Of a stretch of 36,452 nt of DNA, positions 24,759-34,138 are shown piece by piece. The notes beneath the pieces are model-generated. The model saw only the letters and a list, made by a program, of their open reading frames with translations. It made no database searches and had not been told where the DNA came from. Where the stretch lies: the IMG/VR virus record IMGVR_UViG_3300031672_000006, positions 1-36,452 of that record. The stretch is one strand, 5' to 3'. Numbering within the stretch: position 1 is the stretch's first letter; each line of letters opens with the position of its first letter. Origin of the DNA: a virus (taxonomy: Duplodnaviria > Caudoviricetes). A program made the position numbers and the translations under genes.

Positions 24759-25467
24759 TGCCATCTCCTCCGAATTTACCGATATTCGCCCTCCAGGTAC
24801 GGACTGCGGCTTTCCAGTCCCGCATAATCGGTCCACGCCCTCCACTCACATGCCATCCGCGCTGGGCATGATGGTCAACGAACATTTGCGCCTGGCCGGA
24901 GGCATCGAGAACACCCAACACCACCATATAGGCGGAAACGTCCAAAACATCAGGAGGATGGAATTTTGGTGTGGGTGGTGAGCGCAGCGAACCATGCATA
25001 TATATATCTTTTGACTTTGTATTTGTATTTGAAGTTATCTTTAAAGAAGAAGAAGAAGATGAAGAGGGCCGGGACATCGGTTGGACATCATGGTGGACAT
25101 CGTGGTGGACAGAATTTTCGTCACTACGTTGCAATTCTTTTGTTTTTCTCCACTTCTTTCTCTTTATCTCATCAAGAATCATACGCTTACTGAAAATTGC
25201 GGTGGCCGAATTGCGGCGCGCAACCCCCATTCGCAACAATTCTTGAAGCATCAGAAGATTCTTGCGCGTGTCCCCGCTCACGGCCCCGGATATTTGATCG
25301 TCTGTCCAAGGCACACCGCCGGAGGCAAGCACCCCCCTCTCCTCACACTCGAACATAAGACACAAGAGATCTATCCATAGGGAGCGCGCTTCGGAACTGC
25401 ACGCTCTCAAGGCTGGGTCCTTCAACCAATCACCAGGATAAAATTGAAAACTTGGCTCTTTACCCAT
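24664..25467 (-). CDS. Phage replication initiator (replisome organiser)
   Basis: PSFQFYPGDWL.D..L..CS..AR.LWIDLLC.M N-terminus; repeat/low-complexity linker; C-terminal F.DH...RGW...M.DWKAAVRTW. Confidence 0.88.
   Translation of the reverse strand: MGKEPSFQFYPGDWLKDPALRACSSEARSLWIDLLCLMFECEERGVLASGGVPWTDDQISGAVSGDTRKNLLMLQELLRMGVARRNSATAIFSKRMILDEIKRKKWRKTKELQRSDENSVHHDVHHDVQPMSRPSSSSSSSLKITSNTNTKSKDIYMHGSLRSPPTPKFHPPDVLDVSAYMVVLGVLDASGQAQMFVDHHAQRGWHVSGGRGPIMRDWKAAVRTWRANIGKFGGDGNGRTKGNSRPSGALHKPEGKHYPRAFPGPSG
24998..25112. repeat. Putative replication origin: four iterons, a GAA run and an AT-rich tract inside the initiator gene
   Basis: GGACATC/GGACAG at 25072, 25083, 25095 and 25107 (11/12/12-bp spacing), (GAA)n at about 25046-25065, AT-rich 24998-25045. 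Confidence 0.75.
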
Positions 25468-25473
25468 CCCAGG

Positions 25474-25671
25474 TCACTTGGCAATCTCCGCATCGCTTCT
25501 GGCTTCCTGGGGCCTCTCGTCGGGAAGATCCTCCCATTCCCAAAAGTGAAACCAGTTTCCGTGCGTATTGTTGTATAGATGGCATCTAAAAAATGGCTCT
25601 CCGTGGGCTCGCTGAAAGAACGCAACGAACCATAGTCGTTTTATAGAAATATCTAAAATCCTAAGTCTCAC
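25474..25671 (-). CDS. Hypothetical protein
   Basis: GTG start with SD GGAGG; ends 6 nt before the initiator gene. Confidence 0.55.
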   Translation of the reverse strand: MRLRILDISIKRLWFVAFFQRAHGEPFFRCHLYNNTHGNWFHFWEWEDLPDERPQEARSDAEIAK

Positions 25672-25774
25672 TTAGCCACCTCCGCCGCTGGTTTCATCGT
25701 ATCGTCATATCCCGATAAGCCCGGTCCTAGCTCGGCTTGTGTATCATTTCTTCCTTCTTTCCATAAACTCACAT

Positions 25775-27571
25775 TCATGAAAAAAGCAATTCCGCGACCT
25801 TGACCTGGCCTCGGCCAACCGATTCAATGATTCTCCTAGCGGCCAATCGCGACAGATAGGCGTCCCGCGAGGATCGCTTGTATCCCGTCGCCTCATCGAG
25901 CGCTTCACGATCTACCGATTCGCCTGGATACTGCAAAAGGATTTCGAGTATTTTCCGTTCGCCTTCCGGGAGCCTCTCTAACCAATAGTTCTGAAGCTCC
26001 TTCCCTTCTGGGAGAGGCTCGTACCTATTCCCGAGGGCTTCTATGCCAGAAGGTGTGGCAACGATCCTCCCGCCGCGCTCCTCGATGAATTCCTTTTGCT
26101 TTAGGCGGAATAAGTACGCATCGCGGGAACTGCGCCGATATCCCGTTAGGACAGAAAGCTGATTGCGCTCGACCCCTTCGGAATATTGAGACGCCGCGAT
26201 CAGAGTCGCGCGTTCCCCGGGCGGCAAACAGTCATCGCCTTTTAATGCAAAATGATTTTTCGGGCGGGATGGGGGCGTTTGAGGTTCTGGTCTGCCCTCC
26301 ACGGCGTGACCAGTGGGCCTTCCTTCTCCTTTTTGGATTTCCACGCCCGAAATTTTTAGGCCCTCCGGAATCTCCCTGCCGGCATTGCGCTGCCCGGCGG
26401 TCACGATCCGTTCGGCCATACCTACGATTTGGCGAAATTGCTCAGCCTGTTCGGCGAGCATCTTGCGATAGGTCTTCGTGGCATTTATGACGGCGCGCGC
26501 GATCGCCTTCGGATCTTCCTGTTTCGCCGCCTCATTTGAGGGTGATTTATGCGAAGAAGCGCGCAATTGCTTTTCCAGTTCACGAATGCGTTTGTTGGCC
26601 TCGCCTAAATCCTGTGCTTCTTTGTGTCGCGCAACTTGCTTAGTGGTGAAGGCCTTTTTGAGTTTTTCGACCGCTTCGGTCACGCTGAATTTGGATACGT
26701 TGACCGTTCGCTCGCCCGGCTTGGGAGTCCTGCCGGCGTGATAGGTGACGCGTTCCCTGACGTGGAATTTGACCATCGTTCCCTTCCAGTCAGGGGACAG
26801 CAGCCAACATTCGCCACGCTGCATTCCGGCAATTTCGTCGACGATCTCGCGCAGCTTTTCCTTGTCGCCGCGGACATGATGCTTGAACCAATCCTCGACC
26901 TGATCGATGTCCTGTGGGGCGAACATGCCCAAGGCGAGGAAATTGTCGGTCTGAGTCAGCACGCTTTTGTTGACGGCCGCTGGGCGCTGGCTGATGAGTG
27001 TGAATCCCAGGCCGATGCCGCGGCCTTCGTCGATGAGCTTTTCGGTGGCGTAGAGTGCGCGCTTCTGCTCGTCGAATTTGAGCATCTGCGGCGCGAAGTT
27101 TTGGGACTCCTCGAAAAATAGATGGCGCACCGTGCGGTTGATTCGAAAAAGCTCTTCGGAGAAGTCGGCGTAGTAGCGCTGCTGGGCCGTATAGGTCATC
27201 GCCTTCATGTTGATGACCACCGACAGATTCGAATCGACAATAATGTTCGCCAATTCCTTCGCGTCGGTCTGCTCAAGCTGGATGTCGGCGTTATCGCCGC
27301 CGATGAGCAGCACGTCGAATCCGGAAGGCCCTATCGGCTGGCCGTTTTCCCCGGCCTCGAATCGGATGCCCCAGTGAGCTCCAGGTGGGTCGAATACGAC
27401 GAATGGGACTTGCTCGGCCGCGAATATCTCGATCATGCAGCCCGCCAGATTGCTCTTGCCGCGCCCGCGCTTGCCGAGCACCGCGAAGCCCTGCGTGGCC
27501 GCATCCTTCTGGAGCTCAATCTTGTTGCCGGATTCGGTCGTGCCGATGAAATGCGGGATGTGAATGCTCAC
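25775..27571 (-). CDS. HerA/FtsK-superfamily (DUF87-like) ATPase with coiled coil and two C-terminal winged-helix-like repeats
   Basis: Walker A GKRGRGKS, VVFDP.G, Walker B LFFEE, GR..GLG..LISQRPA. Confidence 0.88.
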   Translation of the reverse strand: MSIHIPHFIGTTESGNKIELQKDAATQGFAVLGKRGRGKSNLAGCMIEIFAAEQVPFVVFDPPGAHWGIRFEAGENGQPIGPSGFDVLLIGGDNADIQLEQTDAKELANIIVDSNLSVVINMKAMTYTAQQRYYADFSEELFRINRTVRHLFFEESQNFAPQMLKFDEQKRALYATEKLIDEGRGIGLGFTLISQRPAAVNKSVLTQTDNFLALGMFAPQDIDQVEDWFKHHVRGDKEKLREIVDEIAGMQRGECWLLSPDWKGTMVKFHVRERVTYHAGRTPKPGERTVNVSKFSVTEAVEKLKKAFTTKQVARHKEAQDLGEANKRIRELEKQLRASSHKSPSNEAAKQEDPKAIARAVINATKTYRKMLAEQAEQFRQIVGMAERIVTAGQRNAGREIPEGLKISGVEIQKGEGRPTGHAVEGRPEPQTPPSRPKNHFALKGDDCLPPGERATLIAASQYSEGVERNQLSVLTGYRRSSRDAYLFRLKQKEFIEERGGRIVATPSGIEALGNRYEPLPEGKELQNYWLERLPEGERKILEILLQYPGESVDREALDEATGYKRSSRDAYLSRLAARRIIESVGRGQVKVAELLFS

Positions 27572-27670
27572 GCGCCAATGCTCCTATCGACTGTCAATTT
27601 CTAGACCTCTTCGCGCACAGATAGCCCTGATTGACTTCCTCCTTAGGTGCTCCGAATGGACCCAATTCCT

Positions 27671-27799
27671 TCATGGCATCACCGACTGAACATTCAGCAG
27701 CCACAGCACACCGAATATGATCGCGAAGCCGACGATCACGCACAGCATTTCGCGGATGCCAAAGCGGCCATGGCTGCGACGGCAGCGCCAGCGTTTCAC
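27671..27799 (-). CDS. 42-aa single-transmembrane peptide
   Basis: GTGA overlap with the ASCH stop; basic N-terminus then MLCVIVGFAIIFGVLWLL. Confidence 0.6.
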   Translation of the reverse strand: MKRWRCRRSHGRFGIREMLCVIVGFAIIFGVLWLLNVQSVMP

Positions 27800-28173
27800 G
27801 CGTATCTCCAATGAATGATGTGACCGTGAAACGGGAGCCTGCCTCCCCAGAACTTCATCATTTCGTGATAATCCGGAAATCCGTCTCGACGCGCGAGCGC
27901 TTCGCATTCGTCTAATCCAAGCTCGATACCGTTGATCGCTATTTGGAACGGATCCCACGGCATTGTGCGATCATCGCCGTGAATGCGAATTTCCTCGATC
28001 TTCACGCACGGCACACGCATTAGCAATCGAGCTCCCTTGTGCCGAAGGCCTGTGTAGAGATGCAGCACGTCGCCAGGCTTGTCCGGATGAACGCGCATGG
28101 CGCGGATCGTGTGTGTCTTCTCGCCGGAGAGGATGAACGGCACGAAGTGAGGCTGGAAGTTGTAGAGGCCCAT
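27796..28173 (-). CDS. ASCH/PUA-like domain protein
   Basis: F.P.ILSGEKTHTIR, PGD.LHLYTGLR and LARRDGF motifs; start ATG 28173 (TAATG overlap). Confidence 0.85.
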   Translation of the reverse strand: MGLYNFQPHFVPFILSGEKTHTIRAMRVHPDKPGDVLHLYTGLRHKGARLLMRVPCVKIEEIRIHGDDRTMPWDPFQIAINGIELGLDECEALARRDGFPDYHEMMKFWGGRLPFHGHIIHWRYA

Positions 28174-28421
28174 TAAAACAGATCCTTTTGTTTTGGTGCT
28201 TCCGGCTTCGGCTTCTTGCCAGCCTTGCGAAATTGCTTTATTCGATCGCACACCGAATGATGCGGGACTAGCCGGCTGTCCTTGATCGACGAAAGCGGCA
28301 TCCATTTTTTGTTTGGCGTAACGAACCACAAGATCGTTGTGCCGCATTCGCACGTCTTCGACGTGCCGGTATAGCCATAGCCCTCATCTTCAAGGGCATC
28401 CATTGTGGCCGGCCAATTCAC
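28173..28421 (-). CDS. Small zinc-finger-like phage protein
   Basis: CECG..I.W..T...K.MP.....H...C. Confidence 0.75.
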   Translation of the reverse strand: MNWPATMDALEDEGYGYTGTSKTCECGTTILWFVTPNKKWMPLSSIKDSRLVPHHSVCDRIKQFRKAGKKPKPEAPKQKDLF

Positions 28422-29044
28422 GCGCTTTCCGCGAGCGCGCCCTGCGCCGCCTGCATGCGAATCCAGATTGGATTGGCCACCTGAGTCGTGGCGAAATTGG
28501 TGAGACTCTTGGTGATCTCCGACACTACGCGGAATTGCAGCCGCGTGATCTTCTCCGTCTTGCCGTCGACGGTTTTCTCGACGTGCGAGAGTCGCGCGCT
28601 CGATATTTCCGCAGCCGTCAAATGCAGCTCGGAATCCATGTCGGGAGCCAGATAGAGATCGATCGTTTGCGCCGGCACGGGAATGCCGCCGAGATTCGTG
28701 TTGTGCTTGCGTTCGATGAACTTCCAGGCGTCGAGAATTTCAGGATCGAGTATTTTCTTATGCGCGTCGCCCAAGGCAATCGAGAATTCGAGACTCACGA
28801 AAATCTTGTCGTCCTCGCCACGCTCAAAGTGGGGCTTGACGTATTTCGCGAGGATTTTGTCGCCCTGGACCGATGGCGTCGGGATCCCGTCATCCTCCAG
28901 AAGCTTTTGCTGCTCCGCCATCGAAAGAGATTCGCCTTCGGTTTCTACTCCCTGTCGAGCCGCCTCTTCAACTAATCGCTTGCCGTACTTTCCGGTGGGC
29001 CGCTCTTCTCGGCCGACCAGGTGAGACTTGCCGCGTACCGCCAT
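28418..29044 (-). CDS. Hypothetical protein
   Basis: ATG 29044 with SD AAAGGAG; GTGA overlap downstream. Confidence 0.75.
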   Translation of the reverse strand: MAVRGKSHLVGREERPTGKYGKRLVEEAARQGVETEGESLSMAEQQKLLEDDGIPTPSVQGDKILAKYVKPHFERGEDDKIFVSLEFSIALGDAHKKILDPEILDAWKFIERKHNTNLGGIPVPAQTIDLYLAPDMDSELHLTAAEISSARLSHVEKTVDGKTEKITRLQFRVVSEITKSLTNFATTQVANPIWIRMQAAQGALAESA

Positions 29045-29098
29045 AGTGGATCTCCTTTCGATTATGCAAAGTGTCCTTCCACGCCGCGCCACGGAAAA

Positions 29099-29293
29099 TC
29101 ACGGAACCCTTTCGCAGTAAATCCTTTCAAGCGTTTCAAGCTGGCCATCGCTCAGCGTTCGGCCGCCGTCCAAATATTCGCGGGCCGATTCGATGAAACC
29201 CTGTTCCCATTTGCTCAGCCGGTCGAAAACGTCCTCGCATTCCGAGACCATGTACTCCGCGTTCTTTTCCGGGTCTTGGATCGTGTGCGTCAT
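29099..29293 (-). CDS. Small helical phage protein
   Basis: LS.WE..FIES........LS..Q...LE.IY motif; abuts the SMC-like gene. Confidence 0.75.
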   Translation of the reverse strand: MTHTIQDPEKNAEYMVSECEDVFDRLSKWEQGFIESAREYLDGGRTLSDGQLETLERIYCERVP

Positions 29294-31258
29294 TTACGCC
29301 GCCCCCGCTGCCGCTTCGCCAAAAACCACGAACTTAACCCCATCGGGCAGTTCCTCTGGGGCAGCTTTATCGGTCGTCGAAAGCACGATGGCCTGGTCGA
29401 GATCGCTATCCAGGAGCATCGCAGTGAGTACGCCGCGGCTGTTCGCATCGAGCACGTCCGCGCGATCAATCACCACGAATTTCAGGCCCGTGACCATCGC
29501 GAGGGCGATCTGGAAAGCGACGCCAAACCTCCACGCTTCGCTTTCACTTAACTGTTGCAGCGAGCGCCATTGGCCCCCGTCAGCCTCGGCCATGCTGAAG
29601 CTGTAGGGTTCAAGGGTGAATTGCGCGACATAACCGAACTGGTTGAGACTCCGATTCATGGCCATCGTGAATGGTCCAATCTTGTCGCCCACGAGCGTGG
29701 CTTTGATGCCGTTCGGCCCAAAGAAATCGAGCAGGGTGGCCAGTGTTTCGAGTTGGGCCTCGAAAGCCAGCTTCTTGAACTTCCAATCGGCGAATGCCTC
29801 GCGTTCGCGTTCGACGGATCGCACCTGGTCCAGAATTCCCTCGCCCTTTGCGATGCGTCCACTAAATTCCTTGATCTTCTCGCCCATGGCGTCGGTATCG
29901 GGCGCTACGGGATCCTTGATCGCCTTCAGCTCGCGACCGCAACGATCCGCCTCAATGATGGCTTCCCGATGGACACGCAGCTTGGCCTCGGCGGCTGCGA
30001 CGTCGCCGATTGCCGCATACTCCGCTTCGAGCTTGATGAGCTTCTTGCGCAAATCGGCAATTTCGTCAGTGTCGCTGGGAGACTCAGCAAGCGCCTTCAA
30101 CTCCCGTTCGATGCCATCGATTTCCTGGCGAAGCGCCACGGCTTCGTCGTCCAGCCTGGTCCCAAGCGCCGCCTTGTCCTCCGCACTCAGCGGCCGCGCG
30201 CACGTCGGGCAATCGGCCGACTTGATCTTGATAAGCTCACCGGCCCGCGATTCTTTTTCCTCCGCGAGACCTTGCAGCCCTTCGCGCTTTTGGATGAGCG
30301 CCGCCCGCTTGCCGGCCCTTTCCTGGTCGAGGACATGGCGCTTATCGTTAAGCGAATTGTTGAGAGTCTTGATCTTTGCCGCGAACGCAATTCCCTTCTC
30401 CGCCGATTCGGCAACCTTGTCCAACTTGTCCGCTTCGGCTTCGGTGAGCTGCCGTTTCGAAGCCTCATTCTTGCGTCGCGTCAGCTCGGACCGCTTTTCT
30501 TCAACTGCCCGCTTGTCGGCACTATAGCGTTCTTCCCCGCGCGCCTTTTGCGCTGTTACCGCCGTCAGTTCGATCCGCAGGTCGTCGAGCTTTTTTCGCG
30601 TGGCAGTGAAATCGGGTGCATCGTCTGGGATTTCCGGCTCGTCGACCGTCCCGAGAGCTTTAATGTCGCGATTGGTCTGGGCCCGCATGTCGTAGAACAC
30701 TTTGTAGGCGGCATCAATATCCGAAACCGAGCCCATCTCGCCAGTCCATGCCGCGAAACCGACGTGATCCACCGATATGGCCTTTTCTCTGATTTCGGAA
30801 GGAATCGAAATCTTGTCGCTAGCGAGCACTTGGGCGAGAAGCGCCTTTTGGCTCTTTTCATCCATCGCGAGGAAGCGATTGGAGTTTAGGCACGCGCTCA
30901 ACACGTCCGCCGTCACGCCGAGGCCTTTATAAATCTTTTCCTGCATGGCAGAGAGCGGTCCGGACTTCCCGCCGATATCGATCAGGTGATCCTTCGGGCC
31001 CTTGCTGCGCTCGATCAGCGTCTTGCCAATCTTCGCGGCCACGTAGAATTTGTGGGCGCCGAGACGGATCAGATCGTCTGCGCCGGCTCCGCCCTCCGTG
31101 GTGAACTGGCATTTCCCCGTGAGCAGGAATTGGATTGCCGCTGCGATGGAGGTCTTACCCGCGGCGTTCGGTCCCACCACGAAATTAAAGCGGTCGAGAT
31201 CGATCTTCGTGTCGCGGTGAGAGCGGAAATCCTTGAGATGAAGATGTTCAATGCGCAT
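29294..31258 (-). CDS. Rad50/SbcC/SMC-like ABC ATPase
   Basis: L.DFRSH, Walker A GPNAAGKTS, coiled coils with central CPTC hook, variant signature LSESE, Walker B VVIDRADVLD. Confidence 0.92.
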   Translation of the reverse strand: MRIEHLHLKDFRSHRDTKIDLDRFNFVVGPNAAGKTSIAAAIQFLLTGKCQFTTEGGAGADDLIRLGAHKFYVAAKIGKTLIERSKGPKDHLIDIGGKSGPLSAMQEKIYKGLGVTADVLSACLNSNRFLAMDEKSQKALLAQVLASDKISIPSEIREKAISVDHVGFAAWTGEMGSVSDIDAAYKVFYDMRAQTNRDIKALGTVDEPEIPDDAPDFTATRKKLDDLRIELTAVTAQKARGEERYSADKRAVEEKRSELTRRKNEASKRQLTEAEADKLDKVAESAEKGIAFAAKIKTLNNSLNDKRHVLDQERAGKRAALIQKREGLQGLAEEKESRAGELIKIKSADCPTCARPLSAEDKAALGTRLDDEAVALRQEIDGIERELKALAESPSDTDEIADLRKKLIKLEAEYAAIGDVAAAEAKLRVHREAIIEADRCGRELKAIKDPVAPDTDAMGEKIKEFSGRIAKGEGILDQVRSVEREREAFADWKFKKLAFEAQLETLATLLDFFGPNGIKATLVGDKIGPFTMAMNRSLNQFGYVAQFTLEPYSFSMAEADGGQWRSLQQLSESEAWRFGVAFQIALAMVTGLKFVVIDRADVLDANSRGVLTAMLLDSDLDQAIVLSTTDKAAPEELPDGVKFVVFGEAAAGAA

Positions 31259-31268
31259 CGGCGTGCTC

Positions 31269-32456
31269 CTATTCGTCCTCGTCCGCTTCTTCGTCCGCCC
31301 GTCCTATAACGAGCTTGGTGATCGTCTTTGATTTCGCGACCACTTCCATACAGGTCTTGAGCGCCGCGCGCTTCAAAGCCTTCAGTGGCGAAGACAGACC
31401 ACTGATTGTCAATTTCTCCGCCAATTCGCGATCGCCTGGATGGGATTCGAACCATTGATTGAGAATCGGAAACGCGACGCCGACGGGATAACTTCGGCGA
31501 TCTTGCCGGTGGAATTCAGCGGTGTAGCACACGCTGTTCGCGTCGAGATATTCGACCGGGCCGTTTTCGAGAACCAAATCCTTTATGACCTGATCGTTTT
31601 GCTTCTTCGCGGCATTGATCCAGACGGCGAAACCGACCCTGTCCGCAGGATCAAGATTTCCGTAGGGATTCATCTTCTGAACCGGGCAACCGCTAAGAAG
31701 CAATGGGCACCAGGTGCATTGCCGCCCGGGAGTCGGCTTCATCTTTTCGGGATCGTCGGAATGCAGCCTGACTTGCCGCGCGCGCTCCCACTCGACCATC
31801 TTCTTGAGTCGAGGAACATCGTCGCGTGTCCAAGCCACATCGCGCTGCGCATCGCCGTAGCGCACAAACGACAGCACGAATTTAATCGACTGAATTTGAG
31901 GATTCAGGATGAACAGCAGGAGCGGATACATCCGGGACTGAAACGTGTCGGCATCGACAATCTGGAAGTAGGATTTGAAATCGATGATCGTCGCTTCGAT
32001 TTCCGATTCCATGATAACGAGATCCATCATTCCTTCGTAAATGACGCCGGGAACGCGGGGATCGTCGCGCTTGGCCCGTCCGTGGGCGTCTAGGAGGTTG
32101 AAGTCCGCGTCCAGGGCCACGTACATTTCGGTGTCATATATCTTTTCGTGGTCGTAGAACGTGCTTTCGGTGAAGCGGTCCAGAACTTCTTTTTCGTCCG
32201 GGCTGGCATCGGCGGACAGTTCCGCCATTTTCTTGTAGTCGGTCTGTTGCTTGGTGATTCGAAGCGCGTCCATGTATTGCGCGAGGATTCGATGAATCTC
32301 GATGCCACGTCGCGCCGCTTCCGTCTCGAACTCAATGTGATCGACATGGCGCGCTCGATACAAAAGTGAACAGGCCATGTCGGCTTGACGCGATTGAGAC
32401 AGAGGGGGGATGGCCGTCTGTTCGAGCCGTTGAACTTGCTGAAGCTTGGCACCCAT
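31269..32456 (-). CDS. PD-(D/E)XK nuclease, Cas4/AddB-like with a probable Fe-S cluster
   Basis: N-terminal Cys, RG..IH, G.MDL....IIDFKS, Q...Y, C-terminal CTWCP.....C. Confidence 0.88.
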   Translation of the reverse strand: MGAKLQQVQRLEQTAIPPLSQSRQADMACSLLYRARHVDHIEFETEAARRGIEIHRILAQYMDALRITKQQTDYKKMAELSADASPDEKEVLDRFTESTFYDHEKIYDTEMYVALDADFNLLDAHGRAKRDDPRVPGVIYEGMMDLVIMESEIEATIIDFKSYFQIVDADTFQSRMYPLLLFILNPQIQSIKFVLSFVRYGDAQRDVAWTRDDVPRLKKMVEWERARQVRLHSDDPEKMKPTPGRQCTWCPLLLSGCPVQKMNPYGNLDPADRVGFAVWINAAKKQNDQVIKDLVLENGPVEYLDANSVCYTAEFHRQDRRSYPVGVAFPILNQWFESHPGDRELAEKLTISGLSSPLKALKRAALKTCMEVVAKSKTITKLVIGRADEEADEDE

Positions 32457-32466
32457 CGAGCCGCTC

Positions 32467-33708
32467 CTAGAAATCGAACTTCTTGCCGCCCGCGGAGGCC
32501 CTTGCGCTCTTTGCCGGCTGCGGCGCCGCCGTGGGGCCGGGCTTGGCTGGCTCGGATTCGGCGATTGCGGCAGTTTTGACCGGCTCGCTCTCAGGTCCAG
32601 GAGCGCTCGCCTCCCCCATCAAATCCAGGAGTTTCTTTTCCAGCTCTCCGAGACGCCCTTGATGCTGACCGAGCATCATTTGCTCGCGGGCCTGATTGAA
32701 GCCGAGTTCCACGCACAGGCGATGGATGACAGCCTTCTGGACGACTTCTCCCGGCGCAGGAATCTCGGCGCGCGGAGGGCCTGGAGGCAACGCGTTCTGC
32801 CGCTCCGCATTGTCGGGATAGAATTCGCCGGCAATTTCGGGCGCTCGCTCATCGTCGTCCTCCTCCATGACAATGGTGCGGCCGCCTAGCATCTTGCGCG
32901 TGTCCTGAAACAGCTTCGAAAACTCCGTCATTTTCTCGACGAGCTTGGGAAGCGTTTCGGCGGCCAGGTTCAGGCTGAGAATATGGGCGGTGGAAGACTT
33001 CTTGCCGTTGTCCCCGTCGTAAGTAACTTTTTCTGGTGCCACTTTCAGGGTGACACGTATGCCGCCAAGCCGGCCGCCCAATAGCGAGCGAATCTGCTGC
33101 AGGCCGTTCGCGATATTGCGGATCGAACGATACGACGTGGTGTGAATTCGGCAGACGCCACCGAAGGTAGGAAACTTTTCGAGAATGAAATAGAGATCGC
33201 CGGACGGCTTGCATCGCCCTTCCTCAAGGTCCGGGCAGCCATCGCCACACGGCTCGACGGGCTTCCCTTTTTTGTCTCCCTGGGTGTACTTGTAGTTCCC
33301 CGGCCACGGCTCGCCTTCCGGGTGCTTTTCGGTTTTGCGGATCGCCCGCATCTCGAAAACGTGATCTTCTATTTGCACGAGCGAGCCCTTGCACTGCCAT
33401 TCGGTCGCGGACCACCACGCGAGGTTCGTCTTAAAGACATTCTCCGGGTCGTCGTCCAATAGAACGATTCCGACCTCGCGGGGATTTTCTCCATAGGCCT
33501 CGATCATCGCCTTCGTGACATCCTCATCGACCATCCACACGGCTTCATTTCCGTCCATGGTCTTCTCAAGGAATTGGAAGTGATCGAGCCGGCTGGGATA
33601 GTCCTTCCCTTTGGCCTTGTTCGGGGCTTCGCCGATGCTCACCTTGGTGGTGACTGGAAGCCGTTGGAGAGAATTCCCGCTCGCTTCGTGGGTCAATCCG
33701 AGAATCAT
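32467..33708 (-). CDS. Gp3-like / recombination-directionality-factor-like protein
   Basis: RLP...K..IGE......YP.RLDHF, CKPSG.LYF.L and C...TTSY.S..N motifs; start moved to ATG 33708 (SD GGGAGG). Confidence 0.7.
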   Translation of the reverse strand: MILGLTHEASGNSLQRLPVTTKVSIGEAPNKAKGKDYPSRLDHFQFLEKTMDGNEAVWMVDEDVTKAMIEAYGENPREVGIVLLDDDPENVFKTNLAWWSATEWQCKGSLVQIEDHVFEMRAIRKTEKHPEGEPWPGNYKYTQGDKKGKPVEPCGDGCPDLEEGRCKPSGDLYFILEKFPTFGGVCRIHTTSYRSIRNIANGLQQIRSLLGGRLGGIRVTLKVAPEKVTYDGDNGKKSSTAHILSLNLAAETLPKLVEKMTEFSKLFQDTRKMLGGRTIVMEEDDDERAPEIAGEFYPDNAERQNALPPGPPRAEIPAPGEVVQKAVIHRLCVELGFNQAREQMMLGQHQGRLGELEKKLLDLMGEASAPGPESEPVKTAAIAESEPAKPGPTAAPQPAKSARASAGGKKFDF

Positions 33709-33710
33709 GA

Positions 33711-33827
33711 CTACCTCCCTGTCCAGATCAATGTTCCCGCTATTCCAATACCGATGAAGAATGCCGCTTTCGCTATTTGCCAGGCCACGCGCCAGCAGAG
33801 GTCGGCGCGCATCTGCCGCTCCATCAT
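33711..33827 (-). CDS. 38-aa membrane peptide
   Basis: Not in the ORF track; MMERQMRADLCWRVAWQIAKAAFFIGIGIAGTLIWTGR; ATGA overlap. Confidence 0.6.
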   Translation of the reverse strand: MMERQMRADLCWRVAWQIAKAAFFIGIGIAGTLIWTGR

Positions 33828-34138
33828 CGCTTAGCGACCTTCTTTCTTTTCGGTATCGGTAGACTGAACTTGAACGGCTGCGCACGAAGGCTACATACAT
33901 CGTCAAAAACGCGTATAAATCTAGACACTTTGGCGGGCACATTTATGCCGGTGCATTCGTACCTCGGGCACCCTTTCTTATTTGCCCAATAAATACGCCT
34001 AGTCTTGACGTATACCGTACCCACTCCAGTGGACTCCCGTATTGCGAGGGCTACTGGACAGCGAGTCTGATTGGCCGCCTCTCCGCGAACGATATGCTCC
34101 ATTGTCACTTCAATTTCCGTCTTACCTTGTGTGCTCAT
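33824..34138 (-). CDS. Hypothetical phage protein
   Basis: ATG 34138 with SD GGAGG; I.VT.EHI..G.......CPVALAI motif. Confidence 0.7.
   Translation of the reverse strand: MSTQGKTEIEVTMEHIVRGEAANQTRCPVALAIRESTGVGTVYVKTRRIYWANKKGCPRYECTGINVPAKVSRFIRVFDDVCSLRAQPFKFSLPIPKRKKVAKR

Noticed and set aside
25072-25112. CRISPR-like or guide-RNA repeat array
   Set aside because: 11-12 bp tandem units without spacers, inside the initiator coding sequence; better explained as iterons
29555-30889. Long plus-strand ORFs (444 aa and 294 aa)
   Set aside because: Antisense shadows of the coiled-coil ATPase gene; no start signals or protein-like motifs
25775-31258. Anti-phage defence system (SIR2-HerA, Wadjet, Lamassu)
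   Set aside because: No effector, kleisin/KITE or LmuA/C-like partners; the genes are embedded in the coupled early operon
31269-32456. Cas4 as part of a CRISPR-Cas locus
   Set aside because: No cas1/cas2 and no repeat-spacer array in the window; such nucleases are common in phage recombination modules
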